Shown: positions 26,132-36,400, numbered from the stretch's first letter. The stretch is DNA of 46,669 bases from a virus (IMGVR_UViG_3300036853_000124:1-46669), one strand, 5' to 3'. Numbers and translations: made by a program. The notes: generated from the letters alone by a model not told the origin.

Positions 26132-28932
26132 GTACCCGCGTGCCGATCACTGAGTCACACCAAGCTCTTGGCTCCTGGACCCTGACCCTCAAAGCCGACA
26201 CCCCCCGAGAGATCCTCGACCGCGTCAGCTACCTCGGACACATCACCGTCCACACTGGCCGGGTCGATCCCCGCACCACGGGCGACACGCTGTTGAGCAC
26301 CTCCCGGTACACGGGGGTCGTGCGGGGCAAGGACCTGACCGACAGCGGGCACACGCTCTCGGGCGCGGGCATGGCGTTCTGGCTCGGGGACGAGGACGGC
26401 AAGGGCGACGTCATCGAGACGCCCGTCGCTATCGTCGCCGAGACCTTCACCCAGTCGGTGCGCGACCTGCTCCCGGCTTCCGGAGCCGTCACCGAGGGCA
26501 CCTTCCACGCCATCACGGGCACCTACACGGGCACGCACCAGTACCAGAGCCCACGCACGGCCATCGACTACGTCTGTACGACGATGGGCGGAGAGTGGCG
26601 GGTCAACGGGAACGCCACCCTGGACGTCGGCGCCGTCGGGGACCTCTACGTCACGACGCCGGTAGCCGCCATCATCCGTCACGGCGCGGGCGTGGACATG
26701 AACCTGCGCGCTCTGCCCGGCGAGGCTGGTGTCACGACCGACGTCGAGGACTTCACGACGCGCGTGGTACTGCTCGCCGAGGGCGAAGGTGACGCGGTCG
26801 CAACCGGCTCGGCGGACATCGCGCCTGGGCTGAACCCATACCTTGACCTCCACGGCAACCCGGTCAAGCTGACCCGGCTGGTCTCGGAGTCCGGCACCGA
26901 CGCGGTGAACGCAATCGCGCGGGCCCAGCTCCAGCTCAACCGCTTCACCTCGCCGCGTGACGCCCTTCGTCTGTCCACCCAGGACTACGACGTCAAGGGA
27001 ACCGTCGCCGTTGGGGACTACACGTGGGTGTTCGACCCGGACATCGGGCTCGCCGACCTCGCCAACGAGGTGCAGTTCCGCGGACTCCGGCTGTACCCGG
27101 TCAAGCTCCGCGTCATCGAGCTGACCTTCCCCGTCGTCGCCGGCTCGACCGTCGCATACCGGGACAAGCTCGGCGCCTGGACGGACCTCTCGGACTACAT
27201 CGAGTGGGAGTCCGACGCCACCACGGTTCAGGTCGGCGGCTACAGCCGGTCCCTGTCCAGCTCCGGCGAGGTCGTCGGTAGTCGGCCCAAGCCAGACTCC
27301 TCGGTGCCTGGCATCGTGACCTGGAATGAGCCGTTCCGCGTGGGCGTGTACCAAAGCCCGGTGACCGGCTCGGCACGCGGGGACGTCTTCCTCAACTGGG
27401 ACCGCCCCAACAACACCGACAGCACGCCGATCATCGACGGGTCGCACTACGAGATCCGCTACCGCCACGCCACCACCCCGTTCTACCCCGCGGTGTGGGA
27501 CCAGGTGGAAGGCCTGTACGGGGTGTGGGACAACTGGGAAGCTACCGGAGCGACGTGGGACTCACCCATCGTCTACCCCGAGACCGAGTGGCAGACGGCC
27601 ATAGCTTCGTTCGACGACACCACGTTCCGTCTCCAGGAGCTCATCCCGAGCACGCCCTACGAAGCGCAGATCCGCGCGGTCGACCTAGCCACCCCCTTCA
27701 ACGCGGGCGCCTGGTCGGCTTTGGCTCTGTGGCAGACAACCAACGACAACATCCCCCCGGTCACCCCAGCGCCTCCTGAGGTTCAGGGGAACCCGATGGC
27801 CGTACAGATGGTGCACCGGCTGGGAGCTGCCTCGGGCGGCACGTTCAACCTGGACGCGGACTTGCACCACCTGGAGCTACACGGCGGATCCGAGCCGATC
27901 TTCACGCCCAGCGAAGACACGATGCTGGGTAAGGTGCTCGCCAACTACGGCTTGATCGTCGGCGAGATCCCCGTCGTCGCCATGTTCCAGATCACGTCCG
28001 TGGCCCCGGTCTACTTCAAGGTGATCGCGGTCGACGAGGCCGGGAACAAGTCCGCCCCCAGTGTGGCCGTCATGGAGACTGCCGACCTGATCAGTGACCA
28101 GTACATCGGCTCACTGACGGCGTCGAAGATCACGGCCGGAACGATGACGTCCAATGTGATCGTCGGTGGCAGCATCGCGACGGGCGGTGAGTTCTCCTTC
28201 CCCCGCGTCGAGATGACCAGCGCGGGACTCCGCGGACTGGGCTCGTCGGCGAACACACTGTGGACCGCGGACACCAGTACCGGCAAGATCATGGTCAACG
28301 GTACCGGCGGGATCGAGATCAACGACGGCCGGATGATCTGCCGGAACGGCTCCGGAACCACCATCGTCGAGATTGGCGAGTGTGCCGACGGCCGCCACGG
28401 AATCCAGGTGTACAAGGACAACGGCACCCGAGTCGCCCGCATCGGCGAGCTCGCGAGCGGTACCGAGGGTATCGAGCTGATCAACGATCTCGGGCAGCTA
28501 GTGCGCGTGGACACGTTGGCGTTCGGGATGAAGTCGGCCAGTAACGCGGCTGTCGGCTCTCGCGGTGAGGGCGCATGGGGACACCTTGGATCACCCAGCC
28601 CGGTGGTCACCGTAACGCTGGGCAACAGTGGACGTTGCATCATCCTCCTGTCTTGCACCATCCAGGGGGACGGTACTTCCAACGTCTGTAACTCGGCAGT
28701 CAGCTTCGAGATGTCGGGCCCGGGGACGGCAATCGGGGCGAACACCTACGGGTCCCTGTGGAGCCAGATCGTCGAAACGGCGGACGGCTACCTCGGCTCC
28801 CGCCTGGGAGCGACCCGAGTGTTCCAAGTGGAGGGGCTTTCGGCCGGAGTCTATACAGTCCAAATGATCTACTGGAGCGGCGCCGGCACAGCCGAGTTCC
28901 AGGACCGCAACCTCGTGGTTATTCCCTACTAG
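26128..28932 (+). CDS. Minor tail protein (large baseplate/central fibre, Fn3-like segments)
   Basis: GTG 26128 coupled to upstream stop; YEIRYR, YEAQIRAVD, AVDEAGNKS, LTASKITAGT. Confidence 0.8.
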   Translation: MSTRVPITESHQALGSWTLTLKADTPREILDRVSYLGHITVHTGRVDPRTTGDTLLSTSRYTGVVRGKDLTDSGHTLSGAGMAFWLGDEDGKGDVIETPVAIVAETFTQSVRDLLPASGAVTEGTFHAITGTYTGTHQYQSPRTAIDYVCTTMGGEWRVNGNATLDVGAVGDLYVTTPVAAIIRHGAGVDMNLRALPGEAGVTTDVEDFTTRVVLLAEGEGDAVATGSADIAPGLNPYLDLHGNPVKLTRLVSESGTDAVNAIARAQLQLNRFTSPRDALRLSTQDYDVKGTVAVGDYTWVFDPDIGLADLANEVQFRGLRLYPVKLRVIELTFPVVAGSTVAYRDKLGAWTDLSDYIEWESDATTVQVGGYSRSLSSSGEVVGSRPKPDSSVPGIVTWNEPFRVGVYQSPVTGSARGDVFLNWDRPNNTDSTPIIDGSHYEIRYRHATTPFYPAVWDQVEGLYGVWDNWEATGATWDSPIVYPETEWQTAIASFDDTTFRLQELIPSTPYEAQIRAVDLATPFNAGAWSALALWQTTNDNIPPVTPAPPEVQGNPMAVQMVHRLGAASGGTFNLDADLHHLELHGGSEPIFTPSEDTMLGKVLANYGLIVGEIPVVAMFQITSVAPVYFKVIAVDEAGNKSAPSVAVMETADLISDQYIGSLTASKITAGTMTSNVIVGGSIATGGEFSFPRVEMTSAGLRGLGSSANTLWTADTSTGKIMVNGTGGIEINDGRMICRNGSGTTIVEIGECADGRHGIQVYKDNGTRVARIGELASGTEGIELINDLGQLVRVDTLAFGMKSASNAAVGSRGEGAWGHLGSPSPVVTVTLGNSGRCIILLSCTIQGDGTSNVCNSAVSFEMSGPGTAIGANTYGSLWSQIVETADGYLGSRLGATRVFQVEGLSAGVYTVQMIYWSGAGTAEFQDRNLVVIPY

Positions 28933-28941
28933 GAGGGGTTG

Positions 28942-29151
28942 ATGTACGAAGAGGACGGCATCAACATGCAGGCGGTCTTTGAAAGCCCGAAGGGGGAACG
29001 GCACACCCTGTTCCTCGACGATGAGGCGTTCGCGTACCTCTTGAACGAGGGGTGGGTTTTCATAGAGGAACTCCGAAAGATCCATCGGGATGACGTCCCC
29101 CGCGGCGTAGAGCACCACCCTCCCCTATCCGTCTTCAGAGAGGTGGCCTAG
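28942..29151 (+). CDS. Hypothetical protein
   Basis: RBS AGGAGG. Confidence 0.6.
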   Translation: MYEEDGINMQAVFESPKGERHTLFLDDEAFAYLLNEGWVFIEELRKIHRDDVPRGVEHHPPLSVFREVA

Positions 29152-29154
29152 CCC

Positions 29155-29967
29155 ATGTCGACGACCACGCCAAACTTCGGACTCACCCTCCCCGCCGGAG
29201 GCCCCCCGGGCGTAGGCGACCCGATCAGCCGCACCCAGCTCAATGCCAACTGGACGCTGCTCGACACCCTGGCTCGCGCGGTCCCCTGTACCTCGACGAC
29301 CCGGCCCTCCTCGCCGTTCCCTGGACAGGTGATCTACGAGACTGACACCAAGGTCGCCTATATCCGTAACGCCGCCAACACATCGTGGACGCAGTGGTAT
29401 GGGGTCCCGACGGTCAGCAACACCAGCGACATCGCCGCACCCTTCAACGGGCAAGTGGTGTGGTCGTACACGGGGTTCGGGATGTACGTCTACAAGTCGA
29501 GCACGACTACGTGGACGCCGTTGACGCACGATCAGTACTTCACCTACCGACAGGGCGTCACGACGAGCATCAGCAACACCGCTTGGACCCCCGTGCCCTT
29601 CGTCAACGCGGGAGAAGGCGGAAGCCAGGGGATCAGCACCTCCGACAACATCACGTGGACGCTGAACGAGCCCGGCGTTTGGACGGTCGGAGTCACCTTG
29701 GTAAGCAACTCGAACATCTCGTTCGTCGCCGCGCTGTACCGGGGCACCATCAACGACCCGTTCAACGTGGCCAACAGCGAGATCTATTCGATGGCCTCCT
29801 GCTCCCCCGTGCAGACCGTCGCGGGCCTCACGCTGACAGCTGACATTCGAGTAGCCACTGGCGGATCACGCACCGTCCGGTGCACCGCGATCGGCAGCGC
29901 GACGTTCTCCTTGGTCAGCTCGGGCCCGATCAAACCGAGGATCTCATTCAAATGGGCTCCCCTGTAA
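29155..29967 (+). CDS. Minor tail / fibre protein
   Basis: TTPNFGLTLP...LNANW..LD and RPSSPFPGQVIYETDT motifs. Confidence 0.75.
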   Translation: MSTTTPNFGLTLPAGGPPGVGDPISRTQLNANWTLLDTLARAVPCTSTTRPSSPFPGQVIYETDTKVAYIRNAANTSWTQWYGVPTVSNTSDIAAPFNGQVVWSYTGFGMYVYKSSTTTWTPLTHDQYFTYRQGVTTSISNTAWTPVPFVNAGEGGSQGISTSDNITWTLNEPGVWTVGVTLVSNSNISFVAALYRGTINDPFNVANSEIYSMASCSPVQTVAGLTLTADIRVATGGSRTVRCTAIGSATFSLVSSGPIKPRISFKWAPL

Positions 29968-30029
29968 GCAAAGCTGGGTCCAGTCCCCGCCCGGCGTACC
30001 GGTACTACTCTTGGAGGGGACCTAGGCGA

Positions 30030-30464
30030 ATGACAACCTACATCCGAAGCGGACGCGAACCGTTCGAGGTCAGCATCCTGCTGGTGTGCCTGCTCTACGG
30101 CGTCGCCGGCCTGGCCTTCTACAACAGGGTGTCGTCGACGTCCATCCGGCTGTACCCGGCTCCGGGTGGCTTCATCTTCCTGGCCGCGCTGGCGGTGGGC
30201 GCCGTGGTCGCACTGTATGGTCTGTTCGGCCGCCACTGGCAGACCGCCCAAGGCGTACGTACCGAGCGCGCCGGGCTGGTGATGCTGACTGGGATGTCTG
30301 TGGCCTTCGCGGCATGGACTCCGTTCGCCGTCGGTGCGAGGGGCGTTAACATCCTGCTGTTCCTTGGCGTCGCTGTCGCGGTGCCCTGTGTCTGGCGACT
30401 CTGCCAGATTGGCCGCTTCCTTCAGGCGCTAGCCAAAGAGGACACCGAGGGAGCAGCGCCATGA
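30030..30464 (+). CDS. Four-TM membrane protein (lysis cassette, possible holin)
   Basis: Four hydrophobic segments; RBS GGAGGGG. Confidence 0.6.
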   Translation: MTTYIRSGREPFEVSILLVCLLYGVAGLAFYNRVSSTSIRLYPAPGGFIFLAALAVGAVVALYGLFGRHWQTAQGVRTERAGLVMLTGMSVAFAAWTPFAVGARGVNILLFLGVAVAVPCVWRLCQIGRFLQALAKEDTEGAAP

Positions 30465-30829
30465 ACTTGCCCGACGTGGCCCAGGCGGTAGTTGCCCTGC
30501 TCGGCACGGGCGGATTCGGGACCGGCGCTGTGATGCTGTTCCGTGCCCGCTCGACGAACCGCAAGACCAACGCCGACTCGGCCGAGGTCCTGTCAACCGC
30601 CAGCACGTCCTACGCGGCCGGGGTAGTCGAGGACATGGCTGTGTTGCGCAAAGAGTTCGACGAGTTCGCCCGGGAGCAGCGTCGGCGCGACGTCGAGCAG
30701 CAGTTACGAGACCGCGCCCAGGACCGGCTACACCTTCTCCACTCCCGCTGGGACTACCTGGCCGCTCAACAGATCCGGGACCTCGGTGGCGACATCGCTG
30801 ACCCTCCCCCGCTCTACCTGGCAGCCTGA
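30461..30829 (+). CDS. Membrane-anchored coiled-coil protein (lysis cassette)
   Basis: N-term TM then charged coiled coil. Confidence 0.6.
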   Translation: MNLPDVAQAVVALLGTGGFGTGAVMLFRARSTNRKTNADSAEVLSTASTSYAAGVVEDMAVLRKEFDEFAREQRRRDVEQQLRDRAQDRLHLLHSRWDYLAAQQIRDLGGDIADPPPLYLAA

Positions 30830-31206
30830 TGGGCGAGCCCACTAGCTACGAGCGCGGAGTCAAGGCCGGCAAGGTTGATGAGGAACTAGCCAATCACGGG
30901 CGGCGGCTCGACAAGATCAACGGGTCAATGGAGAAGGTAGCCGAGCGCCTCAGCTCGATCGACCACCGCGCGGGAGGCATGGAGATGTCTCTTCAGCGCC
31001 TCGAAGACCAGATGGTGGCAGCCAAGGCCACGGTCGAGGCAACCGCCAAGGCCCTACGCGAAGCAGACGAAGCCCGCCGGCTGGCCGACGAAACGAAGCG
31101 CACGACGGCGGAGCAGCGTTGGACCCCGGTACAGCGGGCGGTTGCCGTGCTCACCGTCATCCTGGTGGCGGCTGGCGTCCTCGTCTCGATACTCGCCCTG
31201 ACGTGA
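30829..31206 (+). CDS. Coiled-coil protein with C-terminal TM helix (lysis cassette)
   Basis: Heptad pattern; hydrophobic C-terminus. Confidence 0.6.
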   Translation: MGEPTSYERGVKAGKVDEELANHGRRLDKINGSMEKVAERLSSIDHRAGGMEMSLQRLEDQMVAAKATVEATAKALREADEARRLADETKRTTAEQRWTPVQRAVAVLTVILVAAGVLVSILALT

Positions 31207-31234
31207 CCTACGCAAGAGAAGGAAACCCGGACTG

Positions 31235-32161
31235 ATGGCTTTAAGCTCTGGCCGCAACGGCACCCGGGTCATCTGGGTGGTCGTCCACACCGCCGAGGGA
31301 ATCCGCAAGGCTGCGGACCTGAAGGCGTTCTTCGATCGGTCGACGAACTCCAGTGCTCACGCCGTCGCCGATGACGTCACGCTGCTGGACAACCTGGTCC
31401 CCTACGGCAACGCCTCCTGGACCCTCCGCAACGGTAACTCGCGGTCGGACAACCTGGAGCTGTGCGGGTTCGCCAGTTGGTCGCGCGCCGAGTGGATCAA
31501 CAACCACCAAGGCATGTTGACGAACGCCGCCATTTGGATTCGATCCCGCTGCCACGCGCGCGGCATCCCCGTCGTGAAGCTGTCGCCCGCCGACGTACGC
31601 GCGGGCAGGGCCGGGGTGATCGGACACGTCGACTACACACAGGGCGCCGGTGACGGAACCCACTGGGACCCAGGGCCCGGATTCCCTTGGGACGTAGTGA
31701 TCGCTCGCGCTGCGGGCGGCGGAAGTGAGGATGACATGTTCGAGCAGGTAGACCGGGACGCGCTGTATGCCTTAGGTGAGCGCTTCAAGGCCGTCTTCGA
31801 CCTCGCCGACAAGGTCCGGGCCGACGCATCCCCCGCTTCCGTGCGGGGTAACAGGTCCGAGTTCGTCGTAGGCCTGAAGGCCCTTGCTGGTCGGACTGAG
31901 GCCCTGCTGAACGACAAGCCGGCCGTGACGTACGGGCCGACCGTGGGTGAGCCGAACAAGCTGCATCAGGAACTCGCCAGCCACAAGGCCGAGCTGGCCG
32001 AGCTGCGGGCCGCGACGAAGGCACCTGTGGTCGTCGACTACGACCGGATCGTCAGCGGTGTCGTGGCGCACCTTGAGGCCAACCCCCCGCAAGCCGTCGT
32101 CGACGCAGCGGCCGTGGCTAAGGCCGTCAACGACGAGCTGGCCAGGCGGGCCGCTGACTAA
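31235..32161 (+). CDS. Endolysin, N-acetylmuramoyl-L-alanine amidase (Amidase_2)
   Basis: VVHTAEG, SAH, ELCG, GHVD...HWDPGPGFPWD. Confidence 0.9.
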   Translation: MALSSGRNGTRVIWVVVHTAEGIRKAADLKAFFDRSTNSSAHAVADDVTLLDNLVPYGNASWTLRNGNSRSDNLELCGFASWSRAEWINNHQGMLTNAAIWIRSRCHARGIPVVKLSPADVRAGRAGVIGHVDYTQGAGDGTHWDPGPGFPWDVVIARAAGGGSEDDMFEQVDRDALYALGERFKAVFDLADKVRADASPASVRGNRSEFVVGLKALAGRTEALLNDKPAVTYGPTVGEPNKLHQELASHKAELAELRAATKAPVVVDYDRIVSGVVAHLEANPPQAVVDAAAVAKAVNDELARRAAD

Positions 32162-32658
32162 TGCCCTTCATCGAGACGCCCCTCGACGTCCGTAAGGTCG
32201 GGGACAACACCTGGCAGTTGCTCGCCCCCGTCGTGTACCGCGGCGACTACGGCACCTACACCGTACCGGGCAACCCCGAGGGAACCGGCTACGTGACGGA
32301 CTTCGCCAGCGTGCCCCGACTGATGTGGACACTGTTCCCGCAGTCGGGCCGCTGGGACCAGGCCGCTGTGGTTCACGACTACCTCATCACCGACGTACTG
32401 ACAACTGGCCGGGGCTGGGTCACTCCTCGGGGTACTTACCTCCCGACCAGTGCTCAGGTAGACCACGAGTTCCGGGGCGCTCTGAAGGCGCTCAAAGTCG
32501 GCCCCGTCCGGCGCTGGTTGATGTGGGCGGGTGTCCGCTGGGCCGCAGCCCTCAATCCCGTCCGGCGTCACGGCTGGCTGCGGACCCTCCCTCTCCTCCT
32601 GGCCGTAACGGCCTCCGCTCTGGCGCCATTCGTCGCTGTGGCCCTGCTTCTCATCTGA
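32161..32658 (+). CDS. DUF1353 family protein
   Basis: TDFASVPR...AAVVHDYL...D..F...MWAGVR. Confidence 0.8.
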   Translation: MPFIETPLDVRKVGDNTWQLLAPVVYRGDYGTYTVPGNPEGTGYVTDFASVPRLMWTLFPQSGRWDQAAVVHDYLITDVLTTGRGWVTPRGTYLPTSAQVDHEFRGALKALKVGPVRRWLMWAGVRWAAALNPVRRHGWLRTLPLLLAVTASALAPFVAVALLLI

Positions 32659-32674
32659 CCCGAAGGGGGCCGGC

Positions 32675-35137
32675 GTGCCGCTACCTGTCGACGCCAACAC
32701 TGTCCGTCTATATGGGACCTACACCAACCCGGACGGCACGCCCGCCTCTGGACGGCTGACCTTCACCCCGTCGGTGCCCGTCTACTCAGCGACTACCTTC
32801 ACCAAGATCATCCCTTCCCCGATCACGGTCAAGCTCGACGACTTCGGGTCGTTCTCCATCTACGTCCCAGCCACCAACGACACGGACATCACGCCTACCG
32901 GCTGGACGTACTCGGTCACCGTGGCCCTCACCGGCTACACGACGACGTTCTCCTTCGCCGCTCCGCTCGGCGCGGACATCCCCCTGCCTGGTGTCGTCCC
33001 GTCGGCCACGGTCACCCCGACCTACACCTACGTCAAGACGATCAACGGTGTCTCGGCGGACGCACTTGGCAACGTCGTCGCGGGGCCCGTGCTTTCCAGC
33101 GACTACTACACCAAGATCGATGTGGACGCCCTTCGCCTCCGGTCGTTCGCCGATGTCAAGCGCTACGGCGCGGTTGGCGACGGGGTCACGGACGACACGA
33201 CGGCCATCAACTCCGCGATCAGCGCTGTCGAGGCGGCCAAGGGTGTCGTCTACTTCCCCCCGGGCACCTACCGGGTCGGCACGTTCACCGGCACGGGCAT
33301 CACTCGGCGGGCCATCACCGCCAAGGCGGGCGTGACCCTGCTGGGAGCGAGCCGGGAGTCCGTCACTATCAAGATCCCAGCGGCAACCGGGAACTACTTC
33401 GCCATCATCACGGCGGCCACGGCTGGCACCAACATCGACGGGTTCTCCCTTCGCAAGATCACGTTCGACCACAACACCCAGAACAACGTGGTCGCCTCCT
33501 CGGCCACGATGGTTGCCGACGTCAACATCCGGGCAACCCTGGTGGCCTACATCGGAAGCCGGATCGTCATTGAGGACTGCCGGTTCACCAACCTCGACTG
33601 TGTGTGGCAGTTGGCCACGTACGGTAACGATGTGACGGTCCGCGGGTGTCTGTTCGACGGCTACGTAGCTTCAGGCGCGTACCACGACTCTTCGACTATC
33701 TACTCCTCCGGCAAGCGGAACTCCTTCCGGGACAACGTGTTCAATGGGACGCTGTCCGCCAACGGGAGCTTCTGCGCGATCGAGACCCACGGCGGGGCTT
33801 TGGTTGTGTCGGACAACGTCATCAACAACTTCTTCAACGGCATGAACATCACGGGTATCGCGGTAACGGACGCCATCGGGATCTCGGTAGGCCACAACGT
33901 CCTGACGAACTGTTCGACCGGCGTCGTTCTGTGGTCCTCCACCACCGGCAACACCTCGGGCTGGGGCCTGGAGAACGTCGTCGTGTCGGGGAACTCCGTC
34001 TCGATCGACTACGACGCCTGGCGCCCACTGGCCAACACATGCGGTGGCATCCAGCTGGACCCGACGTCGAACCTCGGCGCTCGGAACGTCAAGATCACGG
34101 ACAACATCGTCCAGTACAAGACGTTCGCGCTGACCCCGACTGCCAACGACTTCCGGAACGCCGGGATCAGCTGGTACCGACCGGGCACCGTCACCGGAGT
34201 GGTCGATGAGAACGTCGAGATCACGAACAACCAGGTTGTCGGTTCCGTCGGCGCGGGGATCTACATCCAGCCGAAGTCAGTGATGAAGGCCCTCCGCATC
34301 CGGGGCAACACGATCACCAACCCCGCGACCGGGGGCGGCGCCGCCTACGACCAGTCCAACCGGGTCGGGATCAAGGTGTCGGCAGCGCAGGACTCATTCG
34401 CTGGTCTGTACCTTGAGGACAACCTGACCGTGGACAACCGGGCTACTGCGGTCGTGACGGCCGGAGTGGACACCGCTAACGTCTCGGTGGCCGTGACCGA
34501 CGGTCAGTACCTGGACAACGTGCTCCAGGTGGCCGACGCGGCAAGCACCGCGGCTGACTTCAAGCAGTCGGCGGTCACCGCAGCCTCCCTCAGGGTGCGC
34601 GCGCGGGGAGCGGCTATCGGCGTACAGCCAAGGGCGGGTTACTACGTGGGTCCTCAGGGGTCCCGTACGACGGCTGCGCTCACCCAGTCGGTCGAGTACT
34701 CCGTCCCGGTCTACCTGGCCGTCGGCGGCGTCCTCAGCCGCCTTGGGTGCGAGATCACTACGGGAGTCGCGTCCACTACGGTCCGACTCGGAGTTCGAGC
34801 TGACTCCAACGGGCTGCCCGGCGCCCTGCTCCTGGACGCGGGCACAGTGGACGCCAGCGCTGCCACGGCCAGTGGTATCGAAATCACCGGCCTATCTCTG
34901 CGCCTACCCCCTGGCCTGTACTGGTTCACCGCTACAGGCCAGGGGGGGGCGCCGACGCTACGAGCACAGACCGGGGATCAAACGCCCTGCCTGGCCCCCT
35001 CGCTGGCCAGCGCCGTCGGAGCATCTACCAGCAGCGGGTACATCACCACGGCGACTGTGACGGGTGCCCTCCCGGCCACGTACGCCGCTTCGTCCCGCTC
35101 TGGTGCTGTGCCCCGCGTGGTTGCCCTTATCGCCTGA
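32675..35137 (+). CDS. Tail spike / depolymerase with pectate-lyase-like beta-helix
   Basis: VKRYGAVGDGVTDDTTAI...VYFPPGTY; repeated (I/V)xxN rungs; N-terminal anchor-like domain. Confidence 0.85.
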   Translation: MPLPVDANTVRLYGTYTNPDGTPASGRLTFTPSVPVYSATTFTKIIPSPITVKLDDFGSFSIYVPATNDTDITPTGWTYSVTVALTGYTTTFSFAAPLGADIPLPGVVPSATVTPTYTYVKTINGVSADALGNVVAGPVLSSDYYTKIDVDALRLRSFADVKRYGAVGDGVTDDTTAINSAISAVEAAKGVVYFPPGTYRVGTFTGTGITRRAITAKAGVTLLGASRESVTIKIPAATGNYFAIITAATAGTNIDGFSLRKITFDHNTQNNVVASSATMVADVNIRATLVAYIGSRIVIEDCRFTNLDCVWQLATYGNDVTVRGCLFDGYVASGAYHDSSTIYSSGKRNSFRDNVFNGTLSANGSFCAIETHGGALVVSDNVINNFFNGMNITGIAVTDAIGISVGHNVLTNCSTGVVLWSSTTGNTSGWGLENVVVSGNSVSIDYDAWRPLANTCGGIQLDPTSNLGARNVKITDNIVQYKTFALTPTANDFRNAGISWYRPGTVTGVVDENVEITNNQVVGSVGAGIYIQPKSVMKALRIRGNTITNPATGGGAAYDQSNRVGIKVSAAQDSFAGLYLEDNLTVDNRATAVVTAGVDTANVSVAVTDGQYLDNVLQVADAASTAADFKQSAVTAASLRVRARGAAIGVQPRAGYYVGPQGSRTTAALTQSVEYSVPVYLAVGGVLSRLGCEITTGVASTTVRLGVRADSNGLPGALLLDAGTVDASAATASGIEITGLSLRLPPGLYWFTATGQGGAPTLRAQTGDQTPCLAPSLASAVGASTSSGYITTATVTGALPATYAASSRSGAVPRVVALIA

Positions 35138-35155
35138 CCCTACGTCACCGTGACG

Positions 35156-35206
35156 AAAGCCCCCTACCTCCTGGTCCCACAACGGGCCGGGAGGTAGGGG
35201 GCTTTT
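35156..35206. terminator. Bidirectional intrinsic terminator
   Basis: AAAGCCCCCTACCTCC...GGAGGTAGGGGGCTTTT between convergent genes. Confidence 0.85.
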
Positions 35207-35212
35207 CTGCGT

Positions 35213-35308
35213 TCAGGGCTTGCCGTAGTTGGAGCACCCGTACAGGCCGCAGGTGCCGTTGCTCTGCACCATGTGCCCGCAGCTCGCGCGCTCGACCTCG
35301 TCGTTCAT
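35213..35308 (-). CDS. Cys-rich micro-protein (31 aa, MNDEVERASCGHMVQSNGTCGLYGCSNYGKP)
   Basis: Translated by hand; fills gap before terminator. Confidence 0.5.
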   Translation of the reverse strand: MNDEVERASCGHMVQSNGTCGLYGCSNYGKP

Positions 35309-35315
35309 CTTGAGC

Positions 35316-35573
35316 CTACCTTGGGGGTGTGCCTATCTCGATGACTACATCTTGAATCGCTCCGGTCGCCATGGCGGACACCCTACCCATCTGGTCCTGC
35401 GTCCAGCCGTGGGCCAGGAAGGTTGACGTCGAACAGATGATCGAGACCATGGCCGTCTCCTTCCACCCTCGGGATGCGATGGCCAGGTCCGACTCAGGTA
35501 TCGTCTCGAAGTGCCAGGCGGGGTCGCATAGCTTGTTCTGGAGGTAGTCGACCACGGGGCGAAGAGGGTCCAT
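35316..35573 (-). CDS. Hypothetical protein
   Basis: RBS GGAGG upstream of MDPLRP; coupled to upstream gene. Confidence 0.6.
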   Translation of the reverse strand: MDPLRPVVDYLQNKLCDPAWHFETIPESDLAIASRGWKETAMVSIICSTSTFLAHGWTQDQMGRVSAMATGAIQDVVIEIGTPPR

Positions 35574-36043
35574 CACCCGTCCACCCCTCCGGTCGGCAGT
35601 TCGTCTGCTTCCAAGACGAGTTGTCCGAGTGACCCCCAAGTACCGAGTGGGCTCAGAACAAGAGGGGATGGCAGGTCGTCAGGCAGCCGACACAGCGACG
35701 ATGGAGTCCCGCCAGCATCCGGCGCCTTGGGGTCGTCCGGGGCCGGCAGCGCGTAGAGTGCACGGAACGTCTGCGCCGGGTCTACGTACTCTGTGTGGTA
35801 CTGCCAGTGGACCGACGTGGGACGGAACAGCTCCCAGTCGCCGAGGTACCTCGTTCTGTACGCGGACGCGGACCTCTCTCCCCGCAGAAGGATCACGTCC
35901 ACCTCGGGGCGCCGCACCCAACGCCGCACCATGGCAAGCACGTCCGGCGCACTGGGGTCTCCCCACCTGTAGAGCCAGAAGCCCCTGTGTCGTAACGCCG
36001 CGATGAGGTCCGTCAGGTCGTCGCTGCCACACTTGACGCTCAT
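35573..36043 (-). CDS. Hypothetical protein
   Basis: LRHRGF...VDVILLRGE..ASAYR; resembles from memory small proteins of Pseudonocardiaceae mobile regions (unverified). Confidence 0.6.
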   Translation of the reverse strand: MSVKCGSDDLTDLIAALRHRGFWLYRWGDPSAPDVLAMVRRWVRRPEVDVILLRGERSASAYRTRYLGDWELFRPTSVHWQYHTEYVDPAQTFRALYALPAPDDPKAPDAGGTPSSLCRLPDDLPSPLVLSPLGTWGSLGQLVLEADELPTGGVDG

Positions 36044-36196
36044 GAGGCACCGCCTCTGGGGTCAAGCGACTTTCCCAGCTCCCCGTGTCCCCACGGAACG
36101 CTGTCAGCTTGGGTGTGTGTCATGGATCTGTTCCTTGCTCGGTGGCCGGCCCTCCTGCTATGAGCCCGCTCGGATGTGCCCGACGGTAACACCCGA

Positions 36197-36400
36197 TTAT
36201 TCCTCTGTCACGAGATACTCTGTGTGTCCCACCCGTGTGGAGGATGCCCCCGCCGTTAGATCGTCGAGCGCCTGGCCGGCCTGCTCTGACAGCTGGTCCT
36301 TGCCGAAGTGCTTCCAGCCCCGGCGGGCCATCTTGAGCTCTTCCTCCAGCTCGACACGAGTGCCTTCTACCTGAGTGAGATCCCGAGAGTATCTGACCAT
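36197..36400 (-). CDS. Hypothetical protein (67 aa)
   Basis: Protein-like portion of the 36197-36598 ORF from ATG 36400. Confidence 0.55.
   Translation of the reverse strand: MVRYSRDLTQVEGTRVELEEELKMARRGWKHFGKDQLSEQAGQALDDLTAGASSTRVGHTEYLVTEE

Noticed and set aside
8439-27468. Long antisense and alternate-frame ORFs (e.g. 8439-9788, 18099-19355, 26155-27468)
   Set aside because: Shadow ORFs expected in high-GC coding DNA; no motifs, and they overlap well-supported genes.
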